Positions 28,838-42,245 of a DNA stretch of 64,000 bases are shown here, piece after piece. The notes beneath the pieces were generated by a model. It did no database searches. It was given only the letters and a program-made list of their open reading frames with translations, and had not been told where the DNA came from. Position numbers and translations under genes: made by a program. Source of the stretch: the human T2T-CHM13v2.0 reference genome, Homo sapiens; assembly GCF_009914755.1 (NCBI RefSeq), contig NC_060935.1, one strand, 5' to 3'. The stretch's first letter is position 1, and each line of letters opens with the position of its first letter.

Positions 28838-29262
28838 TGCATTTGTTTGCTGGGGCTGTCATAATTGTTTAAGCCATATTGTTTGGATGGCTTAAACAAT
28901 AGAAATCTATCATCTCAGTTTTGGAGGCAAGAAGTATGAGATTAAGGTATTGGCAGGGTGGGCTTTTTTTTTTTTTCTGAGGGCTGTGAAGTAAGAATGT
29001 GTTCCAGGCCTTTCTCTTTGGATTAGAAATGGCCATCTTCTTTCTATCTTCACCTTGTTTTCCCTGTGTATATGTCACCGTGTCCAAATTTCCTCTTTTT
29101 CTAAAGAGGTCAGTCATCTTGGATTAGGGCAGATCCTAATGGCCTCACTTTAACCTGGTCATGTTGGTAAAGACTATCTCCAAATAAGGTTGCATTCTGA
29201 AGTACAGGGGGTTAGGACTTCAACATATGAATTTGGCAGGGGTTACAATTCAAATTATAACA
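28838..29262 (-). mobile_element. MLT1B/C-like MaLR LTR
   Basis: ggcttaaacaatagaaat, tgtccaaatttcctc, ggattagggc, aggacttcaacatatgaattt; TSD cctat/tctat. Confidence 0.85.
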
Positions 29263-29964
29263 TCTATCTTTTAGTCTTTCCCAGTTTCTATTTCAGTCTT
29301 TCTCTCCAGAGGTAACGTTGATCCTGAATTTAATGATCGCCATTATACTTATTTTTCTTACCATTTTACTGACTATGTAGATGCAGCCAAAAAAGCTATT
29401 ATTTACATTTTAAAGACAATTAACTTCTTATAAATTGAATCACTAAATAAATTGTCTTCTTATGTCAATGTTTCCTAGGATTTTACCATGTTGATTTGGC
29501 AGCTATGTTAATTTTCTTCGTTAAAATGTATGTCATTATTTGTTTTATATTTGATAGGTATTTGAGTTGAATTCAGTCTTATTACAAGTGTGCTGCAGTG
29601 GAATTCCAAAATGCAAATAGATCCTTTGTGTTTCCTGGTTAACAGGGACAGGAAATACTCCTAAATAGACACTTTGAATTTACAAAATAAAATATATGTA
29701 TAGGTCAGTTTGTATTCAATCAGTATATCAGAACTATATAATCGAATGTATAATTTATCATAGGAATTAATTTTAAAATATAGGAAGTGCTGGAGAAAGA
29801 AAACCTAGAAAACATTCAGAGAAGTTACTGACTACTCCTAATGTGTCTGAAAAAGTTGAAGCCTACAGGAAACTAGGCAAATCCAGCTTCTGGAGTGGAA
29901 TAGCAAAGGGGTTTGGGATAAAAATCTATGGAAGTATCAGAGACAGAGGAAAGAGGTTTTGGTT

Positions 29965-31167
29965 TTTATTTTCCTCCCTCACAAGATTACTCAACACAAT
30001 TCTCACACCGTGTGTGTGTGTGTGTGTGTGTGTGTTTATGTGTATTTCTTCCAAATACCAAGCAACTGGTTTTCATAGACATCAGCGGGTGCCCTACAAT
30101 TTTAACTTAATTCTGACACTATCTACTTGGAGATAACAAAGCATTACATCCCACGGGATAAGAGCTATATTGGTCCCTTTTCACATGGCTATAAAGGACT
30201 ACCTGAGACTGGGTAATTTATGAAGAAAAAGTTTAATTGACTCATAGTTCCACACGGCTGGGGAGGCAGCAGGAAACTTACAATCACGGCAGAAGGCAAA
30301 GGGGAAGCAAGAACCTTCTTCACATGGCAGGAAGAGAGAGCAAGGGAGGAACTACCACTTTTAAACCATCAGATCTTGTGAGAACTCTTTTACTTACATG
30401 AGAACAGCATGGGAGAAACTGCCCCCATGATCCTGTCACCTCCCACCAGGTCCCTCAATGTGTCAGGATTACAATTTGAGATGATATTTGGGTGGGGACA
30501 CAGAGTCAAACCATATCAAGAGCTAGCCCCCCAAGACTGCTCCCGACTTCAGATGTCAATTACAAGTACCAGGTTGTGATCTGTGCTTCTGACAAACTGG
30601 CTATACATTGGGGTTCCTATCATGCTCACCTCAGATTTGATCGATTTGCTAGAACAGCTCACAGATTTCAGGGTAATATTGATGTTTACATACTTACTGT
30701 AAAGGATACCACAAAGGACCCAGATGGAAGATATGCATAGAACAAGGCATGCTGGAAGGGGCACCAGGCTTCTGTGCCTCCTCTGGGTGCACGACCCTTT
30801 AGGAACTTCCACATGTTTAGGAATCTGGAGGTTCTCCTGATTCATTTTTTTGTTTTTTATGTGGGCTTCATTAAGTAGACATGCTCGATTAAATTATCGG
30901 CCATTGGTGACTAACTTAACTTTCCATCACTCTCCCCTCCTGGAAGGTCAGGGGATGGGACTGAAAGTTCTAAACTTCTAATCACATGGTTGTTTCCCCT
31001 GGCAACTAGCCCCCATCCCATGGCTAGCCAAAGAGCCCTTAGCCATTAATCATTTCATATTAAAAAACAGTTATTACTTTGGAGATTCCAAGGATTTTGT
31101 GTGCCAGGAACCAAGGGCAGAGACCAAATACATATTTATTCTCATCATTGTGATATTCAATTTCACA
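29965..31167 (-). mobile_element. MER21C-like LTR, split by an MST/THE1D LTR
   Basis: aattctgacactatctacttggagata, gatttgctagaacagctcacaga, gggactgaaagttc, ggagattccaaggattt; contains (TG)n at about 30010-30035. Confidence 0.75.
30166..30518 (-). mobile_element. MSTA/THE1D-like MaLR solo LTR
   Basis: Ends caaaccatatca; perfect 5-bp TSD AGAGC at 30161-30165 and 30519-30523. Confidence 0.9.
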
Positions 31168-32494
31168 GGAAGTTGGTTGAGTTTTCATGGACGTTGTGTC
31201 TGTACGGTTGCAGAAAAACATTCACCATGGGTAACAGAGAGCTGGGGTAGATGAAGAGTGAAGTAAAAAGAGAAAACTGGAATCCACTGGCACTATTGAT
31301 TTTGCTCTTCAAGGACTCTAACCAAATGACATGTAAATTTCTCAAGTTGCAAACTGGAACATGAAACCAGATAAATAAGTGAATTTGGAGATTCACATTT
31401 CCACATTGCTTATAATGAAACAGTATAATACATCAATTTAACTACATAATTCACATAGTTTTCCGAAGTTGCATCAATATACCTCCTACCAGCAGTATAT
31501 ACATTTATCTTGTTCTGCATTCTTAATAGCACTTGATTTGTCAGGCTTTTCTTTTGCATATCCAGTATGTGTAAAATAGCATTTCATTTAATAATTTGTA
31601 TATCCCTCCTCATCGCAGGGGTTGAGCATCTTTCAAATATTTTATACTCAGACTTTCTGCAAAATGCCTTTTAATGGCATTTTCCCATTTTTTTCCTATT
31701 TAGCTGATTCTCTTTCCCTGTAAACTTATGATAGTTCTTTTTATATTCAGTTATGTCTTACAAAGATTTCTTACTTTAAAAATAGTAATAGTCATATTTC
31801 TTTCTTTTCTGATTTGTGCTTTTTATGCCTCTAACATTTTTTCAGTTATTCTGATACTTAAAAGACTTAGTCACTTCAAATCACAAAATAGTCTTGCCTT
31901 TAGAAATTAATTTTTTTCTCAAGCAACAGTAAAAACTTAAAATTTATTCTCCCACTTTTACCTTGCTTTATGCTTGAGAAGACTATAGTTGGAAAAGGGA
32001 TTGGCTGGCTTTTCTTCTTTTTGTATTTCTTTACCTGCTGTGAGCCATGGTTTCTGACTGCTCCATTATTTGAGTGTACTGAAGTTGGAGCTAAATAAGG
32101 ATACTTAAGAACAGTAATTACTTGTCAGATTTTGTCCTGATTTAATATCAGGACTTTCTGGGGTTTGTAGATATTCAATGCTCATTCTCTAGTGTTTTTG
32201 TGGCCTTGGACTGTCCTTCCTAAGATGCAGATGATGTTTTTGTTTTTGCTTTTTTCCATCTGGTCACTTACATTTCTTCTCTCAGTCCTTGGGCATCGGG
32301 CAGTCCGTCTTCTCTGTCAAGTCACATCACCTTTACATCACTGCCTTAAGCAGAACTTGAGGGCTTCAGCCTATTCTACTGAATGCCCACTCTGACCCAT
32401 GAGTAATATTCATGCATTTTTGTCCCCACTATTGGTAGAAATAGGGCTCACTCATACTGTTATCCTCTCTCCCTTCCTTTCATGCCATGGGCTG

Positions 32495-32854
32495 TGATAG
32501 GGTTTGGCTGTGTCCCCATGCAAATCTCATCTTGAATTGTAGCTCCCATAATTCCCACATGTTGTGGGAGGGAACAGGTGGGAGATAATTGAATCATGGG
32601 GGCGGTTTCCCCCATACTGTTCTCGTGGTGAATAAGTCTCATGAGACCTGATGGTTTAATTAGAGGTTTCCCCTTTTACTTGGCTCTCACTCCTCTCTCA
32701 TCTGTGGCCATGTAAGATGTGGCTTTCACCTTCTGCCATGATTGTGAGGCCTCCCCAGCCACTTGGAACTGTGAATCCATTAAATCTCGTTTTCTTTATA
32801 AATTACCCAGTCTCAAGTATGTCTTTATCAGCAGTGTGAGAATAGACTAATACA
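32495..32854 (+). mobile_element. THE1B-like solo LTR
   Basis: tgatagggtttggctgtgtcccc...gactaataca; perfect TSD GGCTG. Confidence 0.95.
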
Positions 32855-34023
32855 GGCTGATAGACCCATCCTTTCAACCTTAAATCTCTTAAGACGCATC
32901 TCTTGATTAACATGATTAGCAGATCCCCCTTTCCCCAAATGCCAAGAAATTTACAGAAAATTCTCAGTAGAGCTCCCTTAAAACACCTCTAACCTAGATT
33001 GAGGTGACAGGAAAGCCCATTCTGCAAAGGAAAGGTAAATTTACAACACTTTTAAAAAATAGTCTGTCTCAAATTCCTCAAACTCAACTCATTTATACTC
33101 ATTTATATTATACTTTAGAATAAGGGTCTAAAAGCAAAATTTAAGACACTTAAAGAAAAATCTCATAAATCTTCCATTTGCAACTTGAGAGGACATGTCA
33201 CAAATTAGTTTCTTCATGGCATTTTGCATCTTCAATCAAATCTGAGTCCCATATTAACCTCCCAATATATATTACAAATAAAAGGGCCTGATATCTCATA
33301 GACTTTCAATGAATGAAATACTTTAATTTGTGATTATAATTTCATAGAAAAAATATATTTTGGAGCCAGATTATTCAAGTACATCCACTCAAGTTTAAAA
33401 AGATCTGTAGACATTAGTTATAACTTCTGCCATTTGGATGATTCAGTAAGCCTTGTCAAGGAGGTAACTTGTAAAAGACTGAGTTTTTCTGTTGATCTCT
33501 GAACAAACTTTTAGAACTAGAACAGCAATCGTTTCTTCTATCACTGGATTTTACTGAAACCTTTCTTAACTGCCCCTCTCCATTTTAAAAAATCAGAAAT
33601 CAAAAAGCTCAGTTTCAAAGCCTAATATGTATTTTCCCTTTGAAACCTATCCAGAAGCTAAACTTCCAACTAAATTACTTTTCGTCTCTGAATCTTAGCT
33701 TTATTTAGATTGGATCAAAAGTTTTTTCTTATGAAATTGGTGGCTGCATATATAATAGAACTATATTTTCCTAGTTAGGCATTAAAGAGGTAGATCAGTG
33801 TAGGAGAGAAACTTTCATTTGTATTTGTATCAGCTTTAAGTCCTAGCTGGATCAAGTATAGAAAAATTCTGGGGAAGTCATAGAGTTTGTCAGTTATGTG
33901 GTTACCTTGTTTGATCATTGCATTCTCCTTCATTGCATTCTCCACCACTCTTTGCCTTGCTCTAAATCTACTGCATATTGCATCCTCTGGAGTCCTTGGA
34001 GGCTGGCTTTTGTTTACACCTAA

Positions 34024-34180
34024 CCAGTGGTGCGCTGTAGCCAACTCACTAGCTTGCAACAGTCAATTTTGTGCATCTCTTCTCAAATCTCGTTCCGTGC
34101 TAAGATATTGGTAGGCTGAAATTAGCCATAGTGAGAGTAATTACCCCACAGATACTGACAAACTCTAAAATCAAGCTTTT
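34024..34180 (+). mobile_element. MER63-like hAT DNA transposon fragment
   Basis: cagtggtgcgctg start; tgtgcatctcttctcaa and ttggtaggctgaaattagccat match recalled MER63. Confidence 0.6.
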
Positions 34181-34227
34181 GTTCTTGTTTTTGTTTTAAA
34201 ATTTATTTTTAAAACATTTTGTTTATA

Positions 34228-34728
34228 AGCCTAGTCCTGGTTTGGCCAACGGGAGATACAGACAGGAGATCACAGTGCAGGAAAAAAAAAGTTTGAGATT
34301 CTTCTTCCTTGTTCCCTCCTTGTTTCAGTGCCCCATATACTTGAAAGTACTCCTCAGTTCTTCTCTGTAACTCCTATGAAGCCCATCATCTTCCTAGATT
34401 CAGCTCTCACAGAAGATATGCTAATGCTATTTCTTCACTCCTTTTTTCACCCCCAGAGTTTTCTCTGTTGCTTGTCACTGGTTGCCTTTACACCCTTTAG
34501 AGATTCCCCAGGCCTCTCTTGAACCTCGGAGGTGGAGGCTGCAGTGGGCTGAGGTGAGTTTGCACCATTGCACTCCAGCCTGGGCAACAGAGTGAGACTG
34601 AGTCACAAAAAAAAAAAAAAAAAAAAATCCCTTAATACTGCCCATGTCTCTCTAAGTAGTACCTTCATTAAATCTCATTTGAACCATCCGGAATAAATTC
34701 TGTTGCCTTCCAGAACACAAACGATAGA
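34228..34728 (+). mobile_element. Old ERVL LTR fragment (LTR33-like), split by an Alu piece
   Basis: tttggccaacgggaga...caggagatc and ccttcattaaa 3' block. Confidence 0.4.
34518..34627 (+). mobile_element. 5'-truncated Alu (right-arm end with A tail)
   Basis: cttgaacctcggaggtggaggctgcagtg...gcactccagcctgggcaacagagtgagac plus poly-A. Confidence 0.9.
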
Positions 34729-36258
34729 TGCATCAATTATGACTGTTTTTTTTCTGAAATGACCCAGATTCAGCATCAGAATTTTGTTAAATATAAAGCC
34801 CCTGGCAGCTTCTACAATTGTATGAAATTTGGTATGCAGGATAAATTGCCTTTAGAATCCATACTCTGGAGTATGGGACGGTGGCCGTTACACTAATCAC
34901 TAAGCATAAAGCCCTTTTTAAAAGTTATATATTTTCTTTTTCACACTGACTAATTGAAAGTTAAAAAGCCAAATATTTAGCTTTGGGCTACTGGTGATCT
35001 TCTTAGGCCAGGTACATGTAACATTGTCTTTTTTTTTTTTTTTTCAAATCACAATGTTTTTCACTTTACTTGAGAAACTTTGTAGATAATACTCTGCTTA
35101 ATGTACTGCTAAATAGCTCACCTCCTGACATTTCATTAAGGGCAGGAAAAAGGGGGGGTTATTTTATTTTTAGAAAAATCCAGCTCTAAGAAGAAACATA
35201 AGGAACATTATGCTAGCTCTCCATTCTACACCAAATTAGTCATTAAAAGCACTTTAGGCAAATAAAATGCAAGATGCAATTCAATTCTCCCCTTTCAGTT
35301 TTTAACAGGGCAAAGTTTTAAACAGCAGAAATGTCATCCTTTAGTGTCAGCCTTTTTAAAGGCTGGTTAACTTGGCAGATGTTTAGCTATAGGTAATTTA
35401 TTTCTGAGATTTAAAAAAATACTTTTTTTAAACCCAAAGACCATATGTCAAGGGGAAATATTTTATATACTGATTTTCTTAGGAAACTCATTTTCTTTCC
35501 ATTTTTACTGCCAATTTTGATTCTCAGGTCAACATTCGTCTATCTGACATGCTAGCCTTTAAAATAGCTCTATGTCTATTATCTTTACAATTAAATACTA
35601 TGTGAAATCATGATAATTACTTAACTTCTGGATAGGCAGATGTAAAAGGTCCCATGTTTTAACCCCTGGGACTCTGATCACGTACGTAACATCTACCTAG
35701 TTCCCACTACTTCATGCTTAGCTGCATGAAGAGAGAGAAATAGAAAATGGGTCTCGGATATTTAAAGAGCCCAAGTCAAGACTATACCTCTGACTTCAGT
35801 GTACTACATTGCAAATATATATTCTATTGGTAGTATTGCTGTGCAGAACCCTAACTAATACTTATCAAACTGAATAACCTCTATGCTATGAAGCTAAATT
35901 ACTTTTCAGAAGTAATGGATAGAATGTGCAGTAGAGATACAACTGCTGCCCTTAAATTTCAAAGGTGGAGATGTTTAGTAACTATAAATAATGTAGAGTT
36001 TTGTTTTATAATAACCCCTAACAATGACAATGGGCAACCTTCTTATGACCATTGATATGCATTTACAAAGTGTTTCTCTAAACAGAAAAATTAAATCAAG
36101 TAATTAAGTATTAAATCTTAATATTGTCATAAGAGTATTTCTGTAAACCTACTTACAAAAGGTAAAACCCACAATTTCAGTATCATTTTTATCATCAAAA
36201 ACATTTTTATCACTCTGTTAAAATGATCATAGACACAAGGCTTTTGGAAATACCTTTA

Positions 36259-36829
36259 TGTGATGGTTAATATTAGGTGTGAACTTGATTGGATTGAGGA
36301 TGCCTAGAAAGCTGGCGAAGTATTGTTTCTGGGTGTGTCTGTGAGGGTGTAGCCAGAGGACATTAACATATGAGTCAGTGGACTGGAAGAGGCAGACTCA
36401 CCCTCAATGTGGGTGGCACCATCCAATCGACTGCCAGCAGGGCTAGAACAAAGCAGGCCAAAGAAACTCGGATAACTTAGCGAGTCTCTTGGCTTTCATC
36501 TTTCTTCCTTGCTGGATGCTTCCTTCAATTCCTTCCATCCTTGGACATCAGACTCCAGGATCTTCAGCCTTTGGACTCCTGGACCCCAATGGTTTGCCCA
36601 GACCTGTTGGGCCTTCAGTCATAGACTGAAGGCTGCACTTTAGGCTTCCCTGCTTTTGAGGCTTCTGGACTCAGACTGAGCCAGTACTGGCTTCTTTCTT
36701 CCCCAGCTTGCAGATGGCCTATCATGGGACTTTGCTTTGTGATTGTGTGAGTCAGTTCTCACTAATAAACACCCTTTTATATTCTACATATATCCTATTA
36801 GTTCTGTCCCTCTGGAGAACCCTAATAAA
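36259..36829 (+). mobile_element. MLT2A (MLT2A2-like) HERV-L solo LTR
   Basis: tgtgatggttaatatt...ttgattggattga...tcctattagttctgtccctctggagaaccct. Confidence 0.9.
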
Positions 36830-37399
36830 CTGTACCTGTAAATTCAAGGTATTAAACCTATGATGATAAAGCAAGAAAACTCAATATCCTGATCCAGTTT
36901 GTAAGGTGGCAACTCAGAAATATTTCAGATGAAACAAACATGAACTTTGTAAATTAAAATTATTTTGTAGGCAATATATTTTTTCTGAAACTAAAAAAAA
37001 AAAAAAATCCTTCCATGTTAACAGGAAATTTTATACTTACGTATTATAACTAATGGCACCCAGGTAGGATGAAGCAAATTGAAGCAGGTCATGCTTCACA
37101 GAAACAAAGTAGAACAGAAAATTAGAATAAAAGCATCAAAGAGGTGAGAAGCAGAAAAGATTGAACTAAAATTTGAGAGGAAGGAAACTTTTCAGAGGTG
37201 AACTGAGAATTGGCACACATTTTCTTTTGGAGCCATTTTTAAAAATATTTCTTAGGCTGATTAAGGACTATTAATCAGGGTTGGAAATAGAGGTCTGCAA
37301 CTGGGGAAAAGAATCCAGCAAAGCTTTGAACAGTTGTACATGGTTCAGTGACATTCAGATATAACCAGTCTCCTAAGACATTGGCTGAATTTTGAGCTA

Positions 37400-37975
<576 letters not shown>

Positions 37976-38914
37976 ATCTAGAAGGCAGACTGATATCTCA
38001 AACCATCTCATGATGTTTAGGAAGCAAAGATCCAAAAGGATAAAGAACAAAAAACAACATATAAAAGTCGAAATCATTAGTGGAAGATACAAATAGAATT
38101 GCCAGTATACAGGCACATATGTTGAGGGTTATTTACTGATGATTCTAGGTGTGCCTAGAGGTAGAGGAGCTAGAATTGGAGCTGGTAAGCTGGAAGACAC
38201 TGGTGGAGGATAAAAACCACCAGATCATTTTCGCCGGGGGAAGCTGGGGTCCTAAAAATAAACAAACTTGAACAGCCTCAAACACAGCATTTTCCCCTTC
38301 AGTAGATTAAGTTTTGAACCTGTGTGGGATAAGAGGCTAAAGAGGTAAGCTAAAAACATCTCTAAAAAGCAGAACTCAACCTATTCTGGTCTCTTAGGGC
38401 TGAGGAGGCAGTGACCCACAGGGCTCTCAGTGAAAGCCACGAAGGACCATATCTTAGGAAAGTTACAAATGAGAGGTAGACTAAATATTAACTGAAACTA
38501 ATTCAGGTCTAAACCAACTCAGTCCTTTAGGAGATTGACATAACCAGCAATTTACACTATCCACCTAATGGAGAGGTGAACTCTCCATGGTGGAAACTAA
38601 AAAACATTTGTCAATGATTCTTTTGATAAAAGGTTGCATGACCATTATCCAAAAGAAACAACTGAAGGATACTCACATATTATCCAAAGACAGGAGTAAA
38701 CAGATAAGGGTTAGAAATAACTGAGATTATTCAATAAAATGGATGATAAAATGAGAAAAAAAAAGCAGATGAAAAAATGGGAATTGGAAAAGAAAATTCA
38801 TAAAAATAATGAAATGGCAAAAAGTACAGAAAGCTATAGTAGCTAAAATTAAGAACTTGGTAGATGGTATTAACAGCAAACTGGACAAAATAAGAATTAG
38901 TCATCTAAAAAGTA

Positions 38915-39155
38915 TAGGCATCACCTCTGGCATTTATCACTTCTTTCTGTTAGAAACATTCCAATTCTACCCTTTTGGTTATTTTGAAATATACAATGAA
39001 TTACTATTAAATTACTATTAACTCACATTAATAGCAATGTGAGTTGGATATCCCAACTTCCCTGATTTGATCATTACACATGGTGTGTGTGTGAATCAAA
39101 ATATCACATATACCCCATAAATATTTACAACTGTTATGTATTCATAATAAAAAAA
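38915..39155 (+). mobile_element. Short L1MA 3' end with 5' inversion
   Basis: About 38915-39015 is antisense L1MA 3'UTR; about 39046-39155 is the sense terminal part plus A tail. Confidence 0.7.
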
Positions 39156-39287
39156 CTTTAACCATAATATCGAGACAGTAGCATAGGAAGATAACAAGCT
39201 TACAAAAAATAAGCTTAATAGATCAATATGCCCTAATGAATTAAAATATGTAATTGTAGTCCAGGAGAGAAGAAGTAATAAGATAGT

Positions 39288-40255
39288 ATGAATGGCAAAA
39301 AACAGAAACTGTTTTTCTACAACAATCAACACAGAAGACTTCTGTGACCAAAAGTGTGGAGCTCTCCCCTGACACACCGAGCAAGAAATCAGTTCTGCAG
39401 CAGATAGCAGCTAGTTGTCCTCTACTTAATTCTGACACTATTTACCTGGAGATAGTATCAGATCCTTCCAGTTAAGGGCTCAGTCTTACAAGATTGCCTT
39501 CCCTTTACACACCAGTCACAAGTCTGGGTCTCTGAAACTTCTAGCCTACTTGCTTCAAGTTAGGGATCCCATGGTCCCCTCTTTGGGTTAAATTAATTTG
39601 CTAAAGTGGCTCACAGAACTAAGGAAAGCACTTGCATTTACTGTTTTATTATAAACAATATTAAAGATACAAATGAAGAGACGCATAGGGCAAGGTATCA
39701 GGGAAGGGGTGTACAACTTCCATGGCCCCTCAGGCATGATACTCCGCAGAAGTCTACATGTGTTCAGCTATCTCAGAATTCCATCCTCTTGAGCCTTTTC
39801 TGGAGATGTCATTGATAGGCATGATTGACAACCATGTAGAATGTGATTAGACAAAATGGATATGGTCCAATAGCGGCAGACTGAGTTCAGAAACCCAGCA
39901 AGGCCTATCTGTTTAGATTCTTCTTGTCCTCTCCAAGTAGCATTTCTCCCTCCAGGAATGGGACAGAACCCCTTCTGAAATGGGGATCTTTATGACCAAC
40001 AATCAAAGTAGATGAGAGAAATTCTTCATAGAAAGGTGGGGGAAGATTAGAATTCTGCTTTGGGAAGAAAAAGAAGTAAGAAAAAGGAGGGAAGGAGAAG
40101 ATCAGAGATTTTATTTTCTGATATCTGCTTCTGAGGCCTAAAATGCCCCCAACACTATAACAAAAAGACCATAACAAGGGTTATAGGAGTTTTGAGCTAG
40201 GAAGCATGGATGAAAATAATATATACATGCATATATACGTATGTACCATATCACA
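39288..40255 (-). mobile_element. MER21A-like LTR
   Basis: cacagaagacttctgtgacc, aattctgacactatttacctggagatag, gaaacccagcaaggcct; ends atatcaca. Confidence 0.8.
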
Positions 40256-40559
40256 AAAACAACACTCAAAGGTGTAATGTGTGAGACTTTTCTAAATGTG
40301 TGATTAAAGCAATATTAATTCATGGTATCTAGCAAGAGACAAAGAGGAAAACACTATTTAGGTAAAACTGTTGAGATCCAAAGGCAAGTATATACGTTGA
40401 TAAAAGCAGCAAGAGAAAAAGCAAATTTCATTGGAGCAACAACTAGACTTATAGTTGACTTCTCAATAAAGATCCTGTAAGCCAGATGATAACAAAATTA
40501 CATTTAAACTCTAGAAGATGCTACTGACAACCTAAATTTTTATACCCAGTGAAAATATC

Positions 40560-41110
40560 TTGGTTGTTTCTAAGTTTTAACAACTATGAATAAAGCAGCT
40601 ATAAACCTCCATGTTCAAGTGTTTATGTGGACCTAAGTTTTTAACTTGGGTAAATACCAAGGATTATGATTTTTGGGGTCATGTGGTAAGAGTATGTTTG
40701 GTTTTCTAAGCCACTGTCAACTGTCTTCCAAAACTGCTGTACCATTTTGCCTTTTCACCAGCAATGCCTGAGAGTTACTGTTGCTCCACATCATCACCAG
40801 TATTTGGTGGTGTCAGTATTCTGAATTTTGGACATTCTAATAGGTGTGTAGCTGTATTCCTAGTTTTAATGTGCTTTTCCCTAATGACGTGATGCGGAAC
40901 GTCTTTTCATATGTTTGCCTTTTGTATATATTTATTGGTTAGGCATCTGTTCAAGTCTTTTGCCCATTTTTCAATTGGATTGTTCATTTTTTTGAGTTTT
41001 AAGTGTTATTCATATATTTTTGATAACAGTTTATCAAATTTGTCTTTTGCAATTATTTTCTCCCAGTCTGTGGTTTGTCTTCTTCTCTTGATGGTATCTT
41101 TCACAGATAA
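40560..41110 (-). mobile_element. L1MC/L1MD-type ORF2 3' fragment
   Basis: atgaataaagcagctataaac, gggtaaataccaagg, tcttttgcccattttt. Confidence 0.75.
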
Positions 41111-41712
41111 ACTAATTTTAAATATCATTTGGAAGGGTTACTTTTTTCAGCTTTCCAAGTATTTAGTAATCTCTTTGAATATTATAAATTGCAAAAAGTT
41201 TTTTGAAAATCAATTGTTGGATACTTTTGTAATATCTCCTAGGTCAATGGGAGAAATTTTGCTTAAGAATGGTATGAACTGAGATAAGTCATGGAAAAAA
41301 AATGGAAAGTCTTCTACTTGCTGTTTCTACCACATTTTCCCTCTTTCATTTGAAGCTCTCTATATGTCTAAGCCTCTACATGTTGGCTTTCCCATGGGGG
41401 TACTTAGGCCAATTTTCAAGAAACCTTCCAACAGCCTAGCTCCCTGAGTTAAGAGGTATATTGCATTGACTTCCCCTAAACCTCCTCTGTTGTTAAGTTT
41501 ACTCTTCCCAACTTCTGTGCTAATTTGGCCTGACTATAAGCCCTCTTGGGTAGGATATTGAAAAAGCAGGGCAAATTATCAGGCTGCCTTTGCATTTGCC
41601 CTAAGAAGCTAAAGCATCCTTGCTAAATTAAAGAAGTGAAAGTACCTCATTGCTGCTCCTTTTCTTCCTTCTGTCTCCAGAATTCCTTTTCTTGTTCAGA
41701 TAGCCTTGCGTA

Positions 41713-42245
41713 TATCACTGCCCTCCAGCCAAAGACCATCAGGAACATATGGGTAATTGAACAAGTTGGGTTTATTGCTCATAGCAGCAAAAAAGAATGT
41801 ACACCACAGGGAACTGTGTGAGTCTAGGTAAGAATGTGTTAGGACTTACAGGATTTGGGCCTGTATTAGGTAATTTTTGTGGAGGGTTATGGAAGTAGAG
41901 CTCTTCTCTGTGTTATATGCTGTCAGCAAGTAGGAGTAATTCTAAGGTTAGGTATCATTATACATTTTATCTAGAAAAAGAGAAAACTGGGACACGGCTA
42001 AAGGTATATTTGGTAAAGAATAAACCATCTCTCATATTAGCTAAGCTGGGAGGATATTTCATCATTGTGGCTTGGACAGTGTTCTTCATTTGCCTGTGTT
42101 CAGAGATGATTATGAAATGGTCTTGTTGCTGTCTTGATCCATCATCACAGAATGGCCTTCTGTGATACTGATGTTCTGTGATATAATTTAGGTTCAACAG
42201 AACACCGAGTCTTAGCTGTGGGTGTCAGGCCATCTCCTAGCAACA
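41713..42245 (-). mobile_element. MER90-like ERV1 solo LTR
   Basis: gccctccagccaaagacca...gaacaagttgggtttatt...gtcttgatccatcat...gtgtcaggcc...aaca. Confidence 0.7.

Larger units (their letters stand above)
38820..40560 (+). mobile_element. Ancient L1M ORF1 relic, interrupted by L1MA and MER21A
   Basis: IKNLVDGINSKLD coiled-coil piece (ORF 38809) and, after 40255, KAAREK / RL..DFS / QPKFLYP-like blocks. Confidence 0.55.
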
